In this document: positions 30,760-40,670 of the stretch, piece by piece
Position numbering within the stretch: the stretch's first letter is position 1
How the letters are laid out: each line of letters starts with the position of its first letter
Assembly (NCBI GenBank): GCA_027451865.1
Contig: DAIDHW010000005.1
Location: 1-64,000 of the forward strand
Direction of reading: 5' to 3'
Origin: Leptolyngbyaceae cyanobacterium clean351
GTDB taxonomy: Bacteria > Cyanobacteriota > Cyanobacteriia > DAIDHW01
Length of the DNA: 64,000 nucleotides
Translations under genes and position numbers: made by a program
The notes under the pieces: model-generated
Told to the model about the DNA's origin: nothing
What the model saw: the letters and a program-made list of their open reading frames with translations, nothing else
Databases searched by the model: none

Positions 30760-32250
30760 GTGACTCCGTCTACCGACCCCCTTACCCTACCCCATCTGCT
30801 AGCTCGCCAGCAGGCAGCCTTTAGGAGCTCTCCCCCCCCCACCGCCGGCCAACGGCGCAGCTACTTGCGATGCCTAGAAAAGCTGCTGCAGGCTAACCAA
30901 GGGCAGATTGTGGCAGCAGTCCAGGCCGACTTTGGCCAGCGCTCCCGGATGGAAACTCTGCTCGGGGAAATTCTGACGGTCCTGGCTGCCTGTCGGTACA
31001 GTCGCCGCTCCCTAGAGCACTGGATGCGGCCCCAGCGGCGCCCAGTCGGTATGGTCTTCCAACCGGCCCTTAATTGGGTCGAGTACCAACCCCTAGGGGT
31101 AGTCGGGGTGATAGCTCCCTGGAACTACCCGGTCTTGCTTACCCTAGGCCCCTTAGTAGACATTCTGGCCGCAGGTAACCACTGTTTAATTAAACCCTCT
31201 GAACTTACCCCCCACACCAATGAGCTCCTAGACAAGCTCCTAGGAGAAATATTCCCCCCCGATCATGTGGGAGTGGTCCCGGGAGGAGTAGAGGTGGCCC
31301 GGGCTTTTTGTGCCCTGCCTTTTGACCACTTGCTTTTTACCGGCTCCACTGCCCGGGGCCGGGAGGTGATGCACTGCGCCGCCACCAATTTGGTACCAGT
31401 CACCCTCGAACTAGGGGGCAAGTCTCCGGTGATCCTCGCTGAGGATTTCTCCGTAGCCCAGGCCGCTCGCTCGGTGGGGGCAGGTAAGTTCTTCAACGCC
31501 GGTCAAAGCTGTGTCAGCCCCGACTATGCCCTGGTCCCCACTGACAGGGCTCCAGAATTTACCCAGGATGTGCTGCGGACAGCCGAGAGGATGTTCCCCA
31601 GTTGGGAGGGCAATCCTGACTACACGGCGATCATCTCGTCGACCCACTACACTCGCCTACAAGAATTGGTGGCTGAAGCCGAGCAGGCCGGGGCCCAGGT
31701 CCTCCAACATCGGCAACCCAAAAGTACCAGCGGTCGACAGTTTCCCCCCACGGTGGTCCTCAATCCCCCAACCACCTGTCGTCTCATGCAAGAGGAGGTC
31801 TTCGGGCCGGTCTTGCCAGTGGTGGGTACTAGTTCCGTGGCCCAGGCCCTGGCCTTTGTGGGGGCTAGGCCCCGGCCCCTAGCTCTCTACCTTTACACCC
31901 ACAGCCAGGCTACCCGCCGCCAGGTCCTCCAGGGCACCACCTCGGGAGGGGTTGCCCTCAACAGCACCATGGTTCAGGTCAGTCAAGTGGCTCTACCCTT
32001 TGGCGGCGTCGGTCCTAGCGGGATGGGGGCCTACCATGGCCGGGCAGGCTTTGAGCGCTTCAGCCACCCCCGGGCTATTCACCAGAGTGGTCCTGTTAAA
32101 GGGTTTGAAATTCTCCAGCCCCCCCACGGCCGGCTTAGCCGCTGGGCGTTGAGGTGGCTAACCGGTTTTTCCCCCGTCTCTAGTCACCACCTAGGGTCTT
32201 CAGGCGCTGAATCTGGGCGGCAAAATACTCCTCGCGGTAGTGGAGAGTGA
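30760..32250 (+). CDS. Aldehyde dehydrogenase (ALDH3-like family)
   Basis: Catalytic Cys block FFNAGQSCVSPDY and Glu block LELGGKSP. The C-terminal ~40 aa extension overlaps the convergent TPR gene and may not be real. Confidence 0.8.
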   Translation: MTPSTDPLTLPHLLARQQAAFRSSPPPTAGQRRSYLRCLEKLLQANQGQIVAAVQADFGQRSRMETLLGEILTVLAACRYSRRSLEHWMRPQRRPVGMVFQPALNWVEYQPLGVVGVIAPWNYPVLLTLGPLVDILAAGNHCLIKPSELTPHTNELLDKLLGEIFPPDHVGVVPGGVEVARAFCALPFDHLLFTGSTARGREVMHCAATNLVPVTLELGGKSPVILAEDFSVAQAARSVGAGKFFNAGQSCVSPDYALVPTDRAPEFTQDVLRTAERMFPSWEGNPDYTAIISSTHYTRLQELVAEAEQAGAQVLQHRQPKSTSGRQFPPTVVLNPPTTCRLMQEEVFGPVLPVVGTSSVAQALAFVGARPRPLALYLYTHSQATRRQVLQGTTSGGVALNSTMVQVSQVALPFGGVGPSGMGAYHGRAGFERFSHPRAIHQSGPVKGFEILQPPHGRLSRWALRWLTGFSPVSSHHLGSSGAESGRQNTPRGSGE

Positions 32251-33469
32251 CGGATAACTGTTGGGCTTGCTCTAGAAAAGCCAGGGCTTGGGAGTAGTTT
32301 TTCTGGGTGATGTAAACCTGGGCGATGGCATCGAGGGTGTTCATTTGCCCAACCTGGTCGTCGGCATTTTGGTCAACATCCAACAAATACTGATACACCT
32401 GCAGGACCGGGGCTAATTGGTGTTGGGCTAGGTAGATTTGGGCAATGGCACTCAGAGCCGTGGCGGCATTATTGTACTCCCGTAGGGGGATGGCCTGGGC
32501 GTAGGCGGCTTGGTAGGTGGTGAGGGCTTGATTAACTTGACCCTCGCGATTGTACTGATCGGCGATGGCCAGGATCAGTCCTGGGATAGGGTTAGGGTAC
32601 TGATAGTACTGATAGAGCTTAATCAGGGCCTGGAGCGTGGTGATGGTTTCCGGCGCCTGCTGGTTATGGTCGTAGATAAAGACAAGCTTTTCGAGGATCT
32701 CTGCCCGACTCAAGGGGGGGGCCGGAGGCATGCCGAGGGTATTGGGGCCCTCGACTTGGTGACTGACCGGCCGCTTGGGGTGCAGGAATGAGGCTACCTT
32801 AGTCCCCGGGGGCAGAGGAACCAAGGGAGCAAAGGTGAGCAGTTGTTGGTAGGTGGCAGCTGCCTGGGGATAGTCAAACCAAGCTAGGTAAACTGCCCCG
32901 ATCAAACTCAGGAGGTTGACTTGCGCCCCCTGGTCGTGGTGTTGCCGGGCCGCAGCCAAGAGGGGACCGTAGACTCCCAAGGCACCCTGGGGGTCTCGTA
33001 CCTGCTGATAGGCCCAACCCAATTGCTCGGCTAAGAGCAAGCTAAGGGAGTTAGTCTGCTGCAGCGCCTCTAGCCTCTCGGTGATGAACCGCAATTCAGT
33101 GGTGCGCTGCTGCTGCCAGGCAATCGCGCCGATCCGACCGAGGGCAGTGATCTCCGCCCCAGGGCCCTGGAAGCGGCGCAGACGCAGCTCCCGAAACCAC
33201 GTCTGAAAGGCTCCGTCCAAGTCTCCTTGGCGCATTTGGGCCTGGGCTTGCTGGTCCAGATTATTGAGGTCCTGGTCGAAGCGCTCCTGCGCCTGGGGAG
33301 TGGTCAGGGGATGACTCGGCATCAGGGGGTCGGGAATAATCTGCTGGAGAGGATTGTAGGGGTAGAGGGGTTGGGGGGTGTTATCTGCCCGGGCAGGGGC
33401 GGCTAGGACTCCCAGACCCAGAAGCACCACTAGTAAAGTTTGGGAAAGATGACAGGAGCGACCAGCCAT
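32180..33469 (-). CDS. TPR-repeat protein with signal peptide
   Basis: Repeated 34-aa helical motifs with conserved W/LG/Y/A/F/A/P positions. N-terminal signal MAGRSCHLSQTLLVVLLGLGVLAAPARA. Confidence 0.6.
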   Translation of the reverse strand: MAGRSCHLSQTLLVVLLGLGVLAAPARADNTPQPLYPYNPLQQIIPDPLMPSHPLTTPQAQERFDQDLNNLDQQAQAQMRQGDLDGAFQTWFRELRLRRFQGPGAEITALGRIGAIAWQQQRTTELRFITERLEALQQTNSLSLLLAEQLGWAYQQVRDPQGALGVYGPLLAAARQHHDQGAQVNLLSLIGAVYLAWFDYPQAAATYQQLLTFAPLVPLPPGTKVASFLHPKRPVSHQVEGPNTLGMPPAPPLSRAEILEKLVFIYDHNQQAPETITTLQALIKLYQYYQYPNPIPGLILAIADQYNREGQVNQALTTYQAAYAQAIPLREYNNAATALSAIAQIYLAQHQLAPVLQVYQYLLDVDQNADDQVGQMNTLDAIAQVYITQKNYSQALAFLEQAQQLSVTLHYREEYFAAQIQRLKTLGGD

Positions 33470-33534
33470 AGGGAGGACTTGAGGTACTTAGATTGTAGAC
33501 TTTTGAAGGAGACAGAGGGACACAAGGAGCGGCG

Positions 33535-34809
33535 GTGAAGATTTTACTGGTGGGCAATGGAGGACGCGAACACGCCCTGGCCTGGAAACTACTGCAGTCC
33601 CCTGGAGTAGAAGTAGTATTTTGTGCCCCGGGCAATGGCGGCACCCAAACCCTAGCCGGGTGCGAGAATTTGGCAGTGGCAGTAGAGGATATAGCTGGGC
33701 TAGTTGCCGCCGCCCAGGACCGCTCCGTAGACTTAGTGGTGGTGGGGCCAGAGGTTCCCCTAGCCCTAGGGTTAGCAGATGTCTGCCGGGCCCAGGGGAT
33801 CCCGGTATTTGGGCCGGGGCGACAAGGGGCTCAAGTTGAGGCGAGCAAGGCTTGGGCTAAGGCCTTGATGATGGAAGCTGGGGTCCCTACTGCCCAAGCC
33901 CAGATCTTCCGTGAGCCAGGACCGGCCGAGGCTTTTGTCCGCCGCCAGGGGGCCCCCGTGGTGATCAAGGCCGACGGGCTGGCGGCGGGGAAAGGGGTGA
34001 CAGTGGCCAGAACCGTTGAGGAAGCTCTAGGAGCGATTCGGGGCGCCTTCGGGGGCCTGTTTGGCCAGGCGGGAGAAACCGTCCTAGTGGAGGAGTACCT
34101 CGAGGGAGAAGAAATATCCCTATTAGCCCTTACGGACGGCCGGACTATCCAACCCCTCCTGGCGGTCCAGGACCACAAACGAATTGGCGAAGGGGACACG
34201 GGAGCCAATACTGGGGGCATGGGCACCTACTGCCCCTTACCCCAGGTGGACGACCGGCTGCGGCAGAAAATTACCACCCAGGTGCTAGAGCCTACCCTGC
34301 GGGCTCTCCAGGAGCGGGGGATTGACTACCGGGGAGTTTTGTACGCTGGCCTGATGATCACCCCCGGTGGCCAGATAAAGGTAATCGAGTTTAATTGTCG
34401 CTTCGGGGACCCGGAAACCCAGGTGCTGATGCCCCTGCTGGCTACTCCCTTGGCGGATTTGCTCCTCGCCTGTGCTGAGCAGAGACTAGACCGACAGCCA
34501 CCCTTAGCCTGGCATCCGGGGGCGGCTGCCTGCGTCATCCTGGCAGCAGCTGGTTACCCCGGGGCCTACCAGCGGGGGGGTCCCATCACGGGACTTGCAG
34601 CCGCCGCGGCCGCCGGTGCCTTAGTGTTCCACAGTGGCACCCAGGTCCAAGCAGGTAATCTGGTGACCGATGGGGGCCGGGTACTCGGGGTCACTGGCCA
34701 GGGGCCAGACCTGAGGGCAGCTTTTCAGTCTGCCTACCAGGCTGTAGACCTGGTCCACTTCGCGGGCAAGTACTATCGTCGGGATATCGGTCACCGGGTC
34801 CTGGGATAG
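33535..34809 (+). CDS. purD: Phosphoribosylamine--glycine ligase
   Basis: MKILLVGNGGREHALAWKL N-terminus, ATP-grasp blocks. 424 aa. Confidence 0.9.
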   Translation: MKILLVGNGGREHALAWKLLQSPGVEVVFCAPGNGGTQTLAGCENLAVAVEDIAGLVAAAQDRSVDLVVVGPEVPLALGLADVCRAQGIPVFGPGRQGAQVEASKAWAKALMMEAGVPTAQAQIFREPGPAEAFVRRQGAPVVIKADGLAAGKGVTVARTVEEALGAIRGAFGGLFGQAGETVLVEEYLEGEEISLLALTDGRTIQPLLAVQDHKRIGEGDTGANTGGMGTYCPLPQVDDRLRQKITTQVLEPTLRALQERGIDYRGVLYAGLMITPGGQIKVIEFNCRFGDPETQVLMPLLATPLADLLLACAEQRLDRQPPLAWHPGAAACVILAAAGYPGAYQRGGPITGLAAAAAAGALVFHSGTQVQAGNLVTDGGRVLGVTGQGPDLRAAFQSAYQAVDLVHFAGKYYRRDIGHRVLG

Positions 34810-35811
34810 CTAGGCTTTAAGTACCACCCGGTAGCGGGCCTTACCACTCTTAAGGCGGTCGATCCCCTGGTTAGCCTCCTCCATAGGATAGACCTCGGTC
34901 ATCGGTTCAATCCCATGGCGAGCGGCAAACTCTAGCATCTGGGTTGCAGTGACAGGACTGCCAAGGGGGCTCGCAGAGAGGGATTTTTGGCCGGTGAGCA
35001 GGGGGAAAACGCTGAGGGAGAGGGGTTGCAGAACTGCCCCGACCAGGTGCAACTTACCCCGGGGCCGCAGCAGCTGAATGTAGGTGTCCCACTCTAGGGG
35101 CACATTCACCGTAGAGAGGATCAAGTCTAGGGAGTTAACCAGACCAGCTAGGGCTTGGGGGTCACGGGAGTTAACAAATTGATGCGCCCCTAGAACTTTG
35201 GCCTCCGCCTCCTTGTCCGGGCTGCTTGAAAAAGCGGTCACGTGGCACCCCCAAGCCTTGAGAAATCCCAGGGCCATGTGGCCAAGACCACCAATACCAA
35301 TCACCCCCACCCGGTCCGTAGGTTTAACCCCCAGCTGCATCAGGGGGTTAAATACGGTCAGGCCGCCACAAAACAGCGGGCCAGCGGTGGCCAGATTCAT
35401 GCCAGCCGGCAGGGGTAATACCCAGTGCTGATCCGCTCGGACCCGGTTGGCAAACCCGCCGGGCCGGCCCACAATTGTCCCCTCCGCAGTCGCACAAAGA
35501 TTGTGGTCTCCGGCCATACACCATTGGCAGTTCATGCAGGACTTAGAGTACCAGCCCAGTCCCACTGACTGTCCAGACTGAAAGCGCTCTACCCCTTCTC
35601 CCCAAGCCCTCACCCGGCCCACCACCTCATGGCCAGGAATAAAAGGGTACTTAGTCAACCCCCAGTCGTTGTTCAGCATGCTCAAGTCACTATGGCAGAT
35701 GCCGCAGTATTCCACTTCAATCTCTACTTGCCCCGGTCCTAAGGGACCCGGGTCAAACTCCCAGGGCTGCAGTTCTCCACCCGGCTGGTGAGCGGCGTAG
35801 GCCTTAATCAT
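34810..35811 (-). CDS. Zinc-dependent NAD(P)-alcohol dehydrogenase (cinnamyl-alcohol-DH-like)
   Basis: GICHSDL catalytic zinc motif, structural zinc Cys cluster (CMNCQWCMAGDHNLC), Rossmann GIGGLGHMA. Confidence 0.85.
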   Translation of the reverse strand: MIKAYAAHQPGGELQPWEFDPGPLGPGQVEIEVEYCGICHSDLSMLNNDWGLTKYPFIPGHEVVGRVRAWGEGVERFQSGQSVGLGWYSKSCMNCQWCMAGDHNLCATAEGTIVGRPGGFANRVRADQHWVLPLPAGMNLATAGPLFCGGLTVFNPLMQLGVKPTDRVGVIGIGGLGHMALGFLKAWGCHVTAFSSSPDKEAEAKVLGAHQFVNSRDPQALAGLVNSLDLILSTVNVPLEWDTYIQLLRPRGKLHLVGAVLQPLSLSVFPLLTGQKSLSASPLGSPVTATQMLEFAARHGIEPMTEVYPMEEANQGIDRLKSGKARYRVVLKA

Positions 35812-35866
35812 CAGTTGATACCTCTAGACACCAAGGATCTGCGTACAGGGTCGGGTTGATCCTAGC

Positions 35867-37351
35867 TCAGGGGGACTCAAGCCAGGTGTCGAGGCGGGCC
35901 AAGTAGGCCTCCCCCCAGGCTAGGTGCTGCTGTTGCTGAGGCGCCGACATCTTGTCAAAGGTCCTCACCAGCATCCCCAGACGGGGATTAGCCAAGAAAA
36001 ACTCCCGGTGCAGGTGCAAGAAGCGCCAAAACAAACCATCCCACACCGGCTGCCAGTCCCCCCGGGGAAAGTCACTCATCTTCAGGATGTAGTTACTACC
36101 ACTGATGTAGGGCTTGCTGACCATCAACCCCCCATCGGCGGCTTGGCTCATGCCGTAGACATTGGGCACCATCACCCAGTCGTAGGCGTCAACAAACATG
36201 GTCATAAACCAGCTGTACACCTGGTCGGGGTGAATCTCACACAGGAGCAGGAAGTTGCCCAGGATCATCAGGCGCTCGATGTGATGGCAGTACCCCGTGG
36301 CGAGGACCCTTTTAATCACCAGATCCACCGGCAGAATTTCCGTCTCCCCGCGCCAGAACTGCTGCGGCAAGGACCGCTTGAACCCCCAGTAGTTCCGGCG
36401 GCGCTGCTGAGCACCGAGCCGGTGGTAGGTCAGGTAGATAAATTCTCGCCAGCCCAGGATTTGGCGCACAAACCCCTCGAGGCTATGGAGGGGGACTTGG
36501 TCCGCCTGGGCTAGGGCAGCCCTAAGCACCTGGTCCGGGGTAAGCAAGCCCATGTTCAGCATCGGGGTGATTAGGGAGTGGTGCAGGATTGACTCCTGAG
36601 CCACCATGGCATCTTCGTAGGGACCAAAGCCCCCTAGGCGCTGCTCGAGAAAGTTATCCAAGTGGTTCTGGGCTTCAGCAAAGGTGGTGGGATAAAAGCC
36701 CCCTCCCCAGGGACTTCGGGTGGAGCCGGGGTGGTTAGGGAAATGCTCCTCCACGTAGGCCTGGGCTGCTTGGACGTAGGGGTTAGCCCGGGGGAAGGAC
36801 ACAAGGGGCGGGGTGGTATGGCGGGGAAACCGTTGGCGGTTGGCTTGGTCGTAGGTCCATTTTCCCCCCCGGGGTTTTCCGTCAGCCTCTAAGAGAACTC
36901 CCCTGAGACGGCGCTGGCGAATGTAAAAGTCAGTTTGACGGCGGCAGTAATCTGAGGTTTCAGGGGAGTTGAGGAAATTGGGGGAGGGGTAGGTTACCAA
37001 CCGGATCCCGGCTTGGGCAGCACCGCGGCTAAGTCGTTGGGTAAGCCAGTCGTCGGCCAGGGCAGCGAAGTGGAGCTCCTGCACTCCAGCGGTGGCCAGG
37101 CGGGGCACTAGCAGGCGAATATCTGCCTCCGGCACTGTGGCAGGCAGGTAGTGGACCTCGTAGCCCCCTTGGCGCAGGTAGTCGGCGTAGGCGGTCATGG
37201 TGGCCCGGTGTAGCAGGAGTTTCTGTTTGTGGAACTGATAAAGGCGAAAGAATAACCACTCCTCCACTAGGTAAACAGGCCGAGCTGCCGTCAAGGCGGG
37301 ATGGTCAAGAAAGAGTTGATGGGGGAAAACAATACTGACGGCTAAGGTCAT
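35867..37351 (-). CDS. Cryptochrome/photolyase-family protein (COG3046-type; FeS-BCP / (6-4) photolyase-like)
   Basis: N-terminus IVFPHQLF...YLVEEWLFFRLYQFHKQKLLLHRATM resembles COG3046 photolyase-related proteins. C-terminal FAD-binding-like region (Trp-rich, Cys-containing). Confidence 0.6.
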   Translation of the reverse strand: MTLAVSIVFPHQLFLDHPALTAARPVYLVEEWLFFRLYQFHKQKLLLHRATMTAYADYLRQGGYEVHYLPATVPEADIRLLVPRLATAGVQELHFAALADDWLTQRLSRGAAQAGIRLVTYPSPNFLNSPETSDYCRRQTDFYIRQRRLRGVLLEADGKPRGGKWTYDQANRQRFPRHTTPPLVSFPRANPYVQAAQAYVEEHFPNHPGSTRSPWGGGFYPTTFAEAQNHLDNFLEQRLGGFGPYEDAMVAQESILHHSLITPMLNMGLLTPDQVLRAALAQADQVPLHSLEGFVRQILGWREFIYLTYHRLGAQQRRRNYWGFKRSLPQQFWRGETEILPVDLVIKRVLATGYCHHIERLMILGNFLLLCEIHPDQVYSWFMTMFVDAYDWVMVPNVYGMSQAADGGLMVSKPYISGSNYILKMSDFPRGDWQPVWDGLFWRFLHLHREFFLANPRLGMLVRTFDKMSAPQQQQHLAWGEAYLARLDTWLESP

Positions 37352-37570
37352 AGGGGGACCAGACTCACAAAAACCAAATCAGAGAATCTTGCAAGCTCCA
37401 AGTCAGCTGCGGGTTTGCCTAGCCAGCTTCCCACCCAGGGGGCTCAAGAGATCGGCACAGGACTAGCCAAGTTAGCAATTAAAGTACACCATTTGCATCA
37501 ATAATAAATTCAACCCTCCCGGGTCACATCAATTGAGGACAGGCCGGGCCGTGAGTCAAGCCTAAGGACC

Positions 37571-39052
37571 ATGGGCATGAGCTTTTTTGATAAGTTACAT
37601 GGCGCGATCGCCCGAAATCAAAGCCTCCTCTACCTAGGGCTGGATCCTAGCCCGGAGGACTGGGCCCATTGCTATGCCCTACTGGAAAAGGATAGGCGGC
37701 GCCCTGATAATCCTCTGGGGGAGTTACAAGGCTGGTTTAGGTCCTTAATCGACGAAACTGCTGACCTAGTTTGTGCCTATAGGCTCAATCCCGAGTTCTA
37801 CCGCCTCCTGGGGGCTGCCGGCTTAGAACTTTTGCACGATATTCTCAAGTTTATTCCCACCCACATCCCGCTGATTCTCGACGCTAACCACAGCGATCTC
37901 AACAGCAGTACTATCTTTTCCCAGACAGTTTTCGGTGCTTGGCAGGTGGATGCTGTAACCCTAAATCCCTACCCGGGCCAGGACCTAGTGGCTCCTTTTT
38001 TAGTACATCCCGGTAAAACTGTCTTTGTTCTTTGTACCACCAGTAATCCCACGGCCCAGGTCCTGCAAGGCTACCCCAGCGGTGACCGGCCCTTCTACCT
38101 GCAACTGGTACAGGAAGCCAGAACCTGGGGGACGCCAGAACAGGTAGGCCTAGAGGTAGGAGCCAACAGCCCCGCCATCCTAGCCCAAATCCGGGGCGCT
38201 GCTCCAGAACGGGTGATCCTAGCCCGCAGCGTTTGGACAGAAGGTAATAACTTACCCCAAACCTTAGCAGCGGGATTAGATTCCCAAGGGAGTGGTCTCC
38301 TGATTCCTGTGTCAGCTGAGATCCTATCAGCGCGGCCGGACCACCTCCACCTAGCCGTCAAGGTTAGAGGGTTGCGAGACCTAGTCAATGAAACTAGGGC
38401 TACTAGGGGGGAAAATCACCCGGTCTGTACCCTTTGGATGCCCGATGTGTGCCTGCTTAAACAGCACCCCCACGAACAGTTGATTTTGCAGCTATTTGAC
38501 ATTGGCTGTCTCCGGTTTGGGGAATTCCTTCAGGCATCAGGAGCCACCTTTCCCTACTACATTGACCTGCGGATGATTATTTCTAAGCCTCAGGTTTTTG
38601 ATCAAGTCATCAGTGCCTACGCCAAGATCCTCCAATCTCTCCGGTTCGACCGGATTGCTGGGATTCCCTACGGAGCCCTGCCCACATCTACGGGTCTGGC
38701 CCTGCGCCTTAATACCCCCATGATCTTTCCCCGCAAGGAGGTCAAAGCCCACGGGGCTAGGCGGCTGGTAGAGGGAGACTTTCGTCCCGGGGAACAGGTG
38801 GTGGTAATCGACGACATTCTCATTACGGGTAATAGCGCCATCGAAGGAGCAACCAAACTCCAGTCCGTCGGTTTGCGGGTCAAGGACATTGTGGTGTTTA
38901 TCGACCACGAACGGGGGGTGAAGGAGCGCTTGGCCCAGGAAGGCTATACCGGACATGCGGTCTTGACCCTCTCACAGATTGCCCAAACCCTGCTGGCAAC
39001 CGGCCGACTAACCGAAGCCCAATGGCAAGCCCTGCATTGGGAGCTGGTATAA
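37571..39052 (+). CDS. pyrFE: Fused orotidine-5'-phosphate decarboxylase / orotate phosphoribosyltransferase
   Basis: N-terminal type-2 OMP decarboxylase (LYLGLDPSPE...). C-terminal PRTase with PRPP motif VVVIDDILITGNSAIE. 493 aa. Confidence 0.8.
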   Translation: MGMSFFDKLHGAIARNQSLLYLGLDPSPEDWAHCYALLEKDRRRPDNPLGELQGWFRSLIDETADLVCAYRLNPEFYRLLGAAGLELLHDILKFIPTHIPLILDANHSDLNSSTIFSQTVFGAWQVDAVTLNPYPGQDLVAPFLVHPGKTVFVLCTTSNPTAQVLQGYPSGDRPFYLQLVQEARTWGTPEQVGLEVGANSPAILAQIRGAAPERVILARSVWTEGNNLPQTLAAGLDSQGSGLLIPVSAEILSARPDHLHLAVKVRGLRDLVNETRATRGENHPVCTLWMPDVCLLKQHPHEQLILQLFDIGCLRFGEFLQASGATFPYYIDLRMIISKPQVFDQVISAYAKILQSLRFDRIAGIPYGALPTSTGLALRLNTPMIFPRKEVKAHGARRLVEGDFRPGEQVVVIDDILITGNSAIEGATKLQSVGLRVKDIVVFIDHERGVKERLAQEGYTGHAVLTLSQIAQTLLATGRLTEAQWQALHWELV

Positions 39053-39241
39053 TATCTGACTGAGCGAGAAAAATAACTAGCAAAAACGGCCGACTCCAGG
39101 GACGCCGGGAATAGATTATGGAACGCCCCAAGAAGCAGGAGGTTCTGAACTGCTTGCGGATGACACGGGCCAAGCCCCCCGACTTCCTCGAGCAATTGTG
39201 TTGGCGTTTCAAGTGCATGCTACCAGGGCACAGATTCTGGT

Positions 39242-40339
39242 ATGGCTTTGATTGCAGTCCATCCCTACCCCCCAACCGCTGCCCCTACATCTAGACAATT
39301 CCCGACCTTCCCACACAAAGCTGAGGGTGATTATGGTGTTAGGTCAAATTCGCGACTCAAGGCCCAGCCAAGGGAGGCAGGCTTGAAAAAACCTGACGTT
39401 CCCCAGAATGAGCCGGTCAGACTGGCAACCCTCCGGTCTTTGAATATTCTTGACACTCCGGCGGAGGAGCGCTTCGACCGACTGACGAGGATGGCCAGAA
39501 GGGTGTTCTCGGTGCCGATTGCCCTAGTGACGCTGGTGGATGAGAAACGGCAGTGGTTCAAGTCGCGAGCAGGCATTAGTCTCAGTGAATCCCCCCGCGA
39601 GACTTCCTTTTGTGGTCATGCCATCCTAGGCAATGACATATTTGTGATCCCCGATGCCACCCGAGATGAGCGCTTTGCCGATAACCCTCTGGTGGTAGGC
39701 GAACCTCAGATCCGGTTCTACGCTGGGTGTCCGCTACGCTCCCTTGATGGCCATAATTTGGGGACCCTTTGCATAATTGACCGACAGGCAAGGACCCTTG
39801 GGGCTGACGATCTTGAGGCCCTAAGGGACCTAGCAGCCATTGTCGAGCAAGAACTGGTGGGATTACTACTAGCTACCGTAGACGAACTGACTAATCTGTC
39901 TAACCGCCGGGGCTTCATGCTGTTAGCCCAATACAGTTTACGCCTGTGCCTGCGCCAGGGAATCCCCATGTCCCTAGTGTTTATGGACCTGGACAAGTTT
40001 AAACAGATTAACGACAACTTTGGCCACGCGGAAGGTGACTGCGCCCTGACTGTATTTGCAGACCATCTGAAGCGTCTGTGTCGGGATTCAGACGTCATTG
40101 CCCGCCTAGGAGGTGATGAGTTTGTTCTCTTACTGCCGAATGCCACCGGCGTTCTGGCTGAACAGATCATCCACAGGATCACCCAGGCCATCGAAAAGTA
40201 TAATCGAGAGGCTACCCGCGGTTACAGGATCTCGTTTTCTGCCGGCATTGTGGAATTTGACCCCGGGAAACACAAGACCATCGGGGATTTGCTGGCGGCT
40301 GGTGACTTGCGGATGTATGCCATTAAAAATGCCAAGTGA
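39242..40339 (+). CDS. GAF-domain diguanylate cyclase (GGDEF). An alternative start at TTG 39383 has a stronger RBS.
   Basis: GAF block LATLRSLNILDTPAEERFDRLTRMA. Active-site RLGGDEFVLLL. The ORF-track start is not supported by an RBS, whereas AGGGAGG sits 5 nt before the in-frame TTG at 39383. Confidence 0.8.
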   Translation: MALIAVHPYPPTAAPTSRQFPTFPHKAEGDYGVRSNSRLKAQPREAGLKKPDVPQNEPVRLATLRSLNILDTPAEERFDRLTRMARRVFSVPIALVTLVDEKRQWFKSRAGISLSESPRETSFCGHAILGNDIFVIPDATRDERFADNPLVVGEPQIRFYAGCPLRSLDGHNLGTLCIIDRQARTLGADDLEALRDLAAIVEQELVGLLLATVDELTNLSNRRGFMLLAQYSLRLCLRQGIPMSLVFMDLDKFKQINDNFGHAEGDCALTVFADHLKRLCRDSDVIARLGGDEFVLLLPNATGVLAEQIIHRITQAIEKYNREATRGYRISFSAGIVEFDPGKHKTIGDLLAAGDLRMYAIKNAK

Positions 40340-40670
40340 CACCCCCAAGACGACCTTGAGAAAGCCCAGGGAGGATGCAGACTGTCCCATCCTGCAATCA
40401 CCAACTCGCCAGGTTCTAGTCTGTCAAAATCGCACCTGCCGCAAACAAGGTTCCCCCCAGGTGTTAGCAGGGTTACACTCAGTGGCGATCCCTGGGACAA
40501 CCACTGTGGAGACAGGGTGTCTAGGACGGTGTGGCCAAGGACCGATAGTCTTAGTACTGCCAGAACTTATCTGGTATAGCAGGGTCAATCTGAAAGACCT
40601 GCCCCTAATAGTTGACCAGCTTGTATTCTCAGAGCAGCCCGGCAGCGTCATATGCCCAGGTAAAATCTAG
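40329..40670 (+). CDS. Thioredoxin-like [2Fe-2S] ferredoxin-domain protein
   Basis: Cys pattern VLVCQNRTC ... GCLGRC (C-x4-C...C-x3-C) typical of NuoE-like Trx-fold 2Fe-2S ferredoxins. ATG at 40329 is in frame. Overlaps the GGDEF gene end by 11 nt. Confidence 0.65.
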   Translation: MPSDTPKTTLRKPREDADCPILQSPTRQVLVCQNRTCRKQGSPQVLAGLHSVAIPGTTTVETGCLGRCGQGPIVLVLPELIWYSRVNLKDLPLIVDQLVFSEQPGSVICPGKI

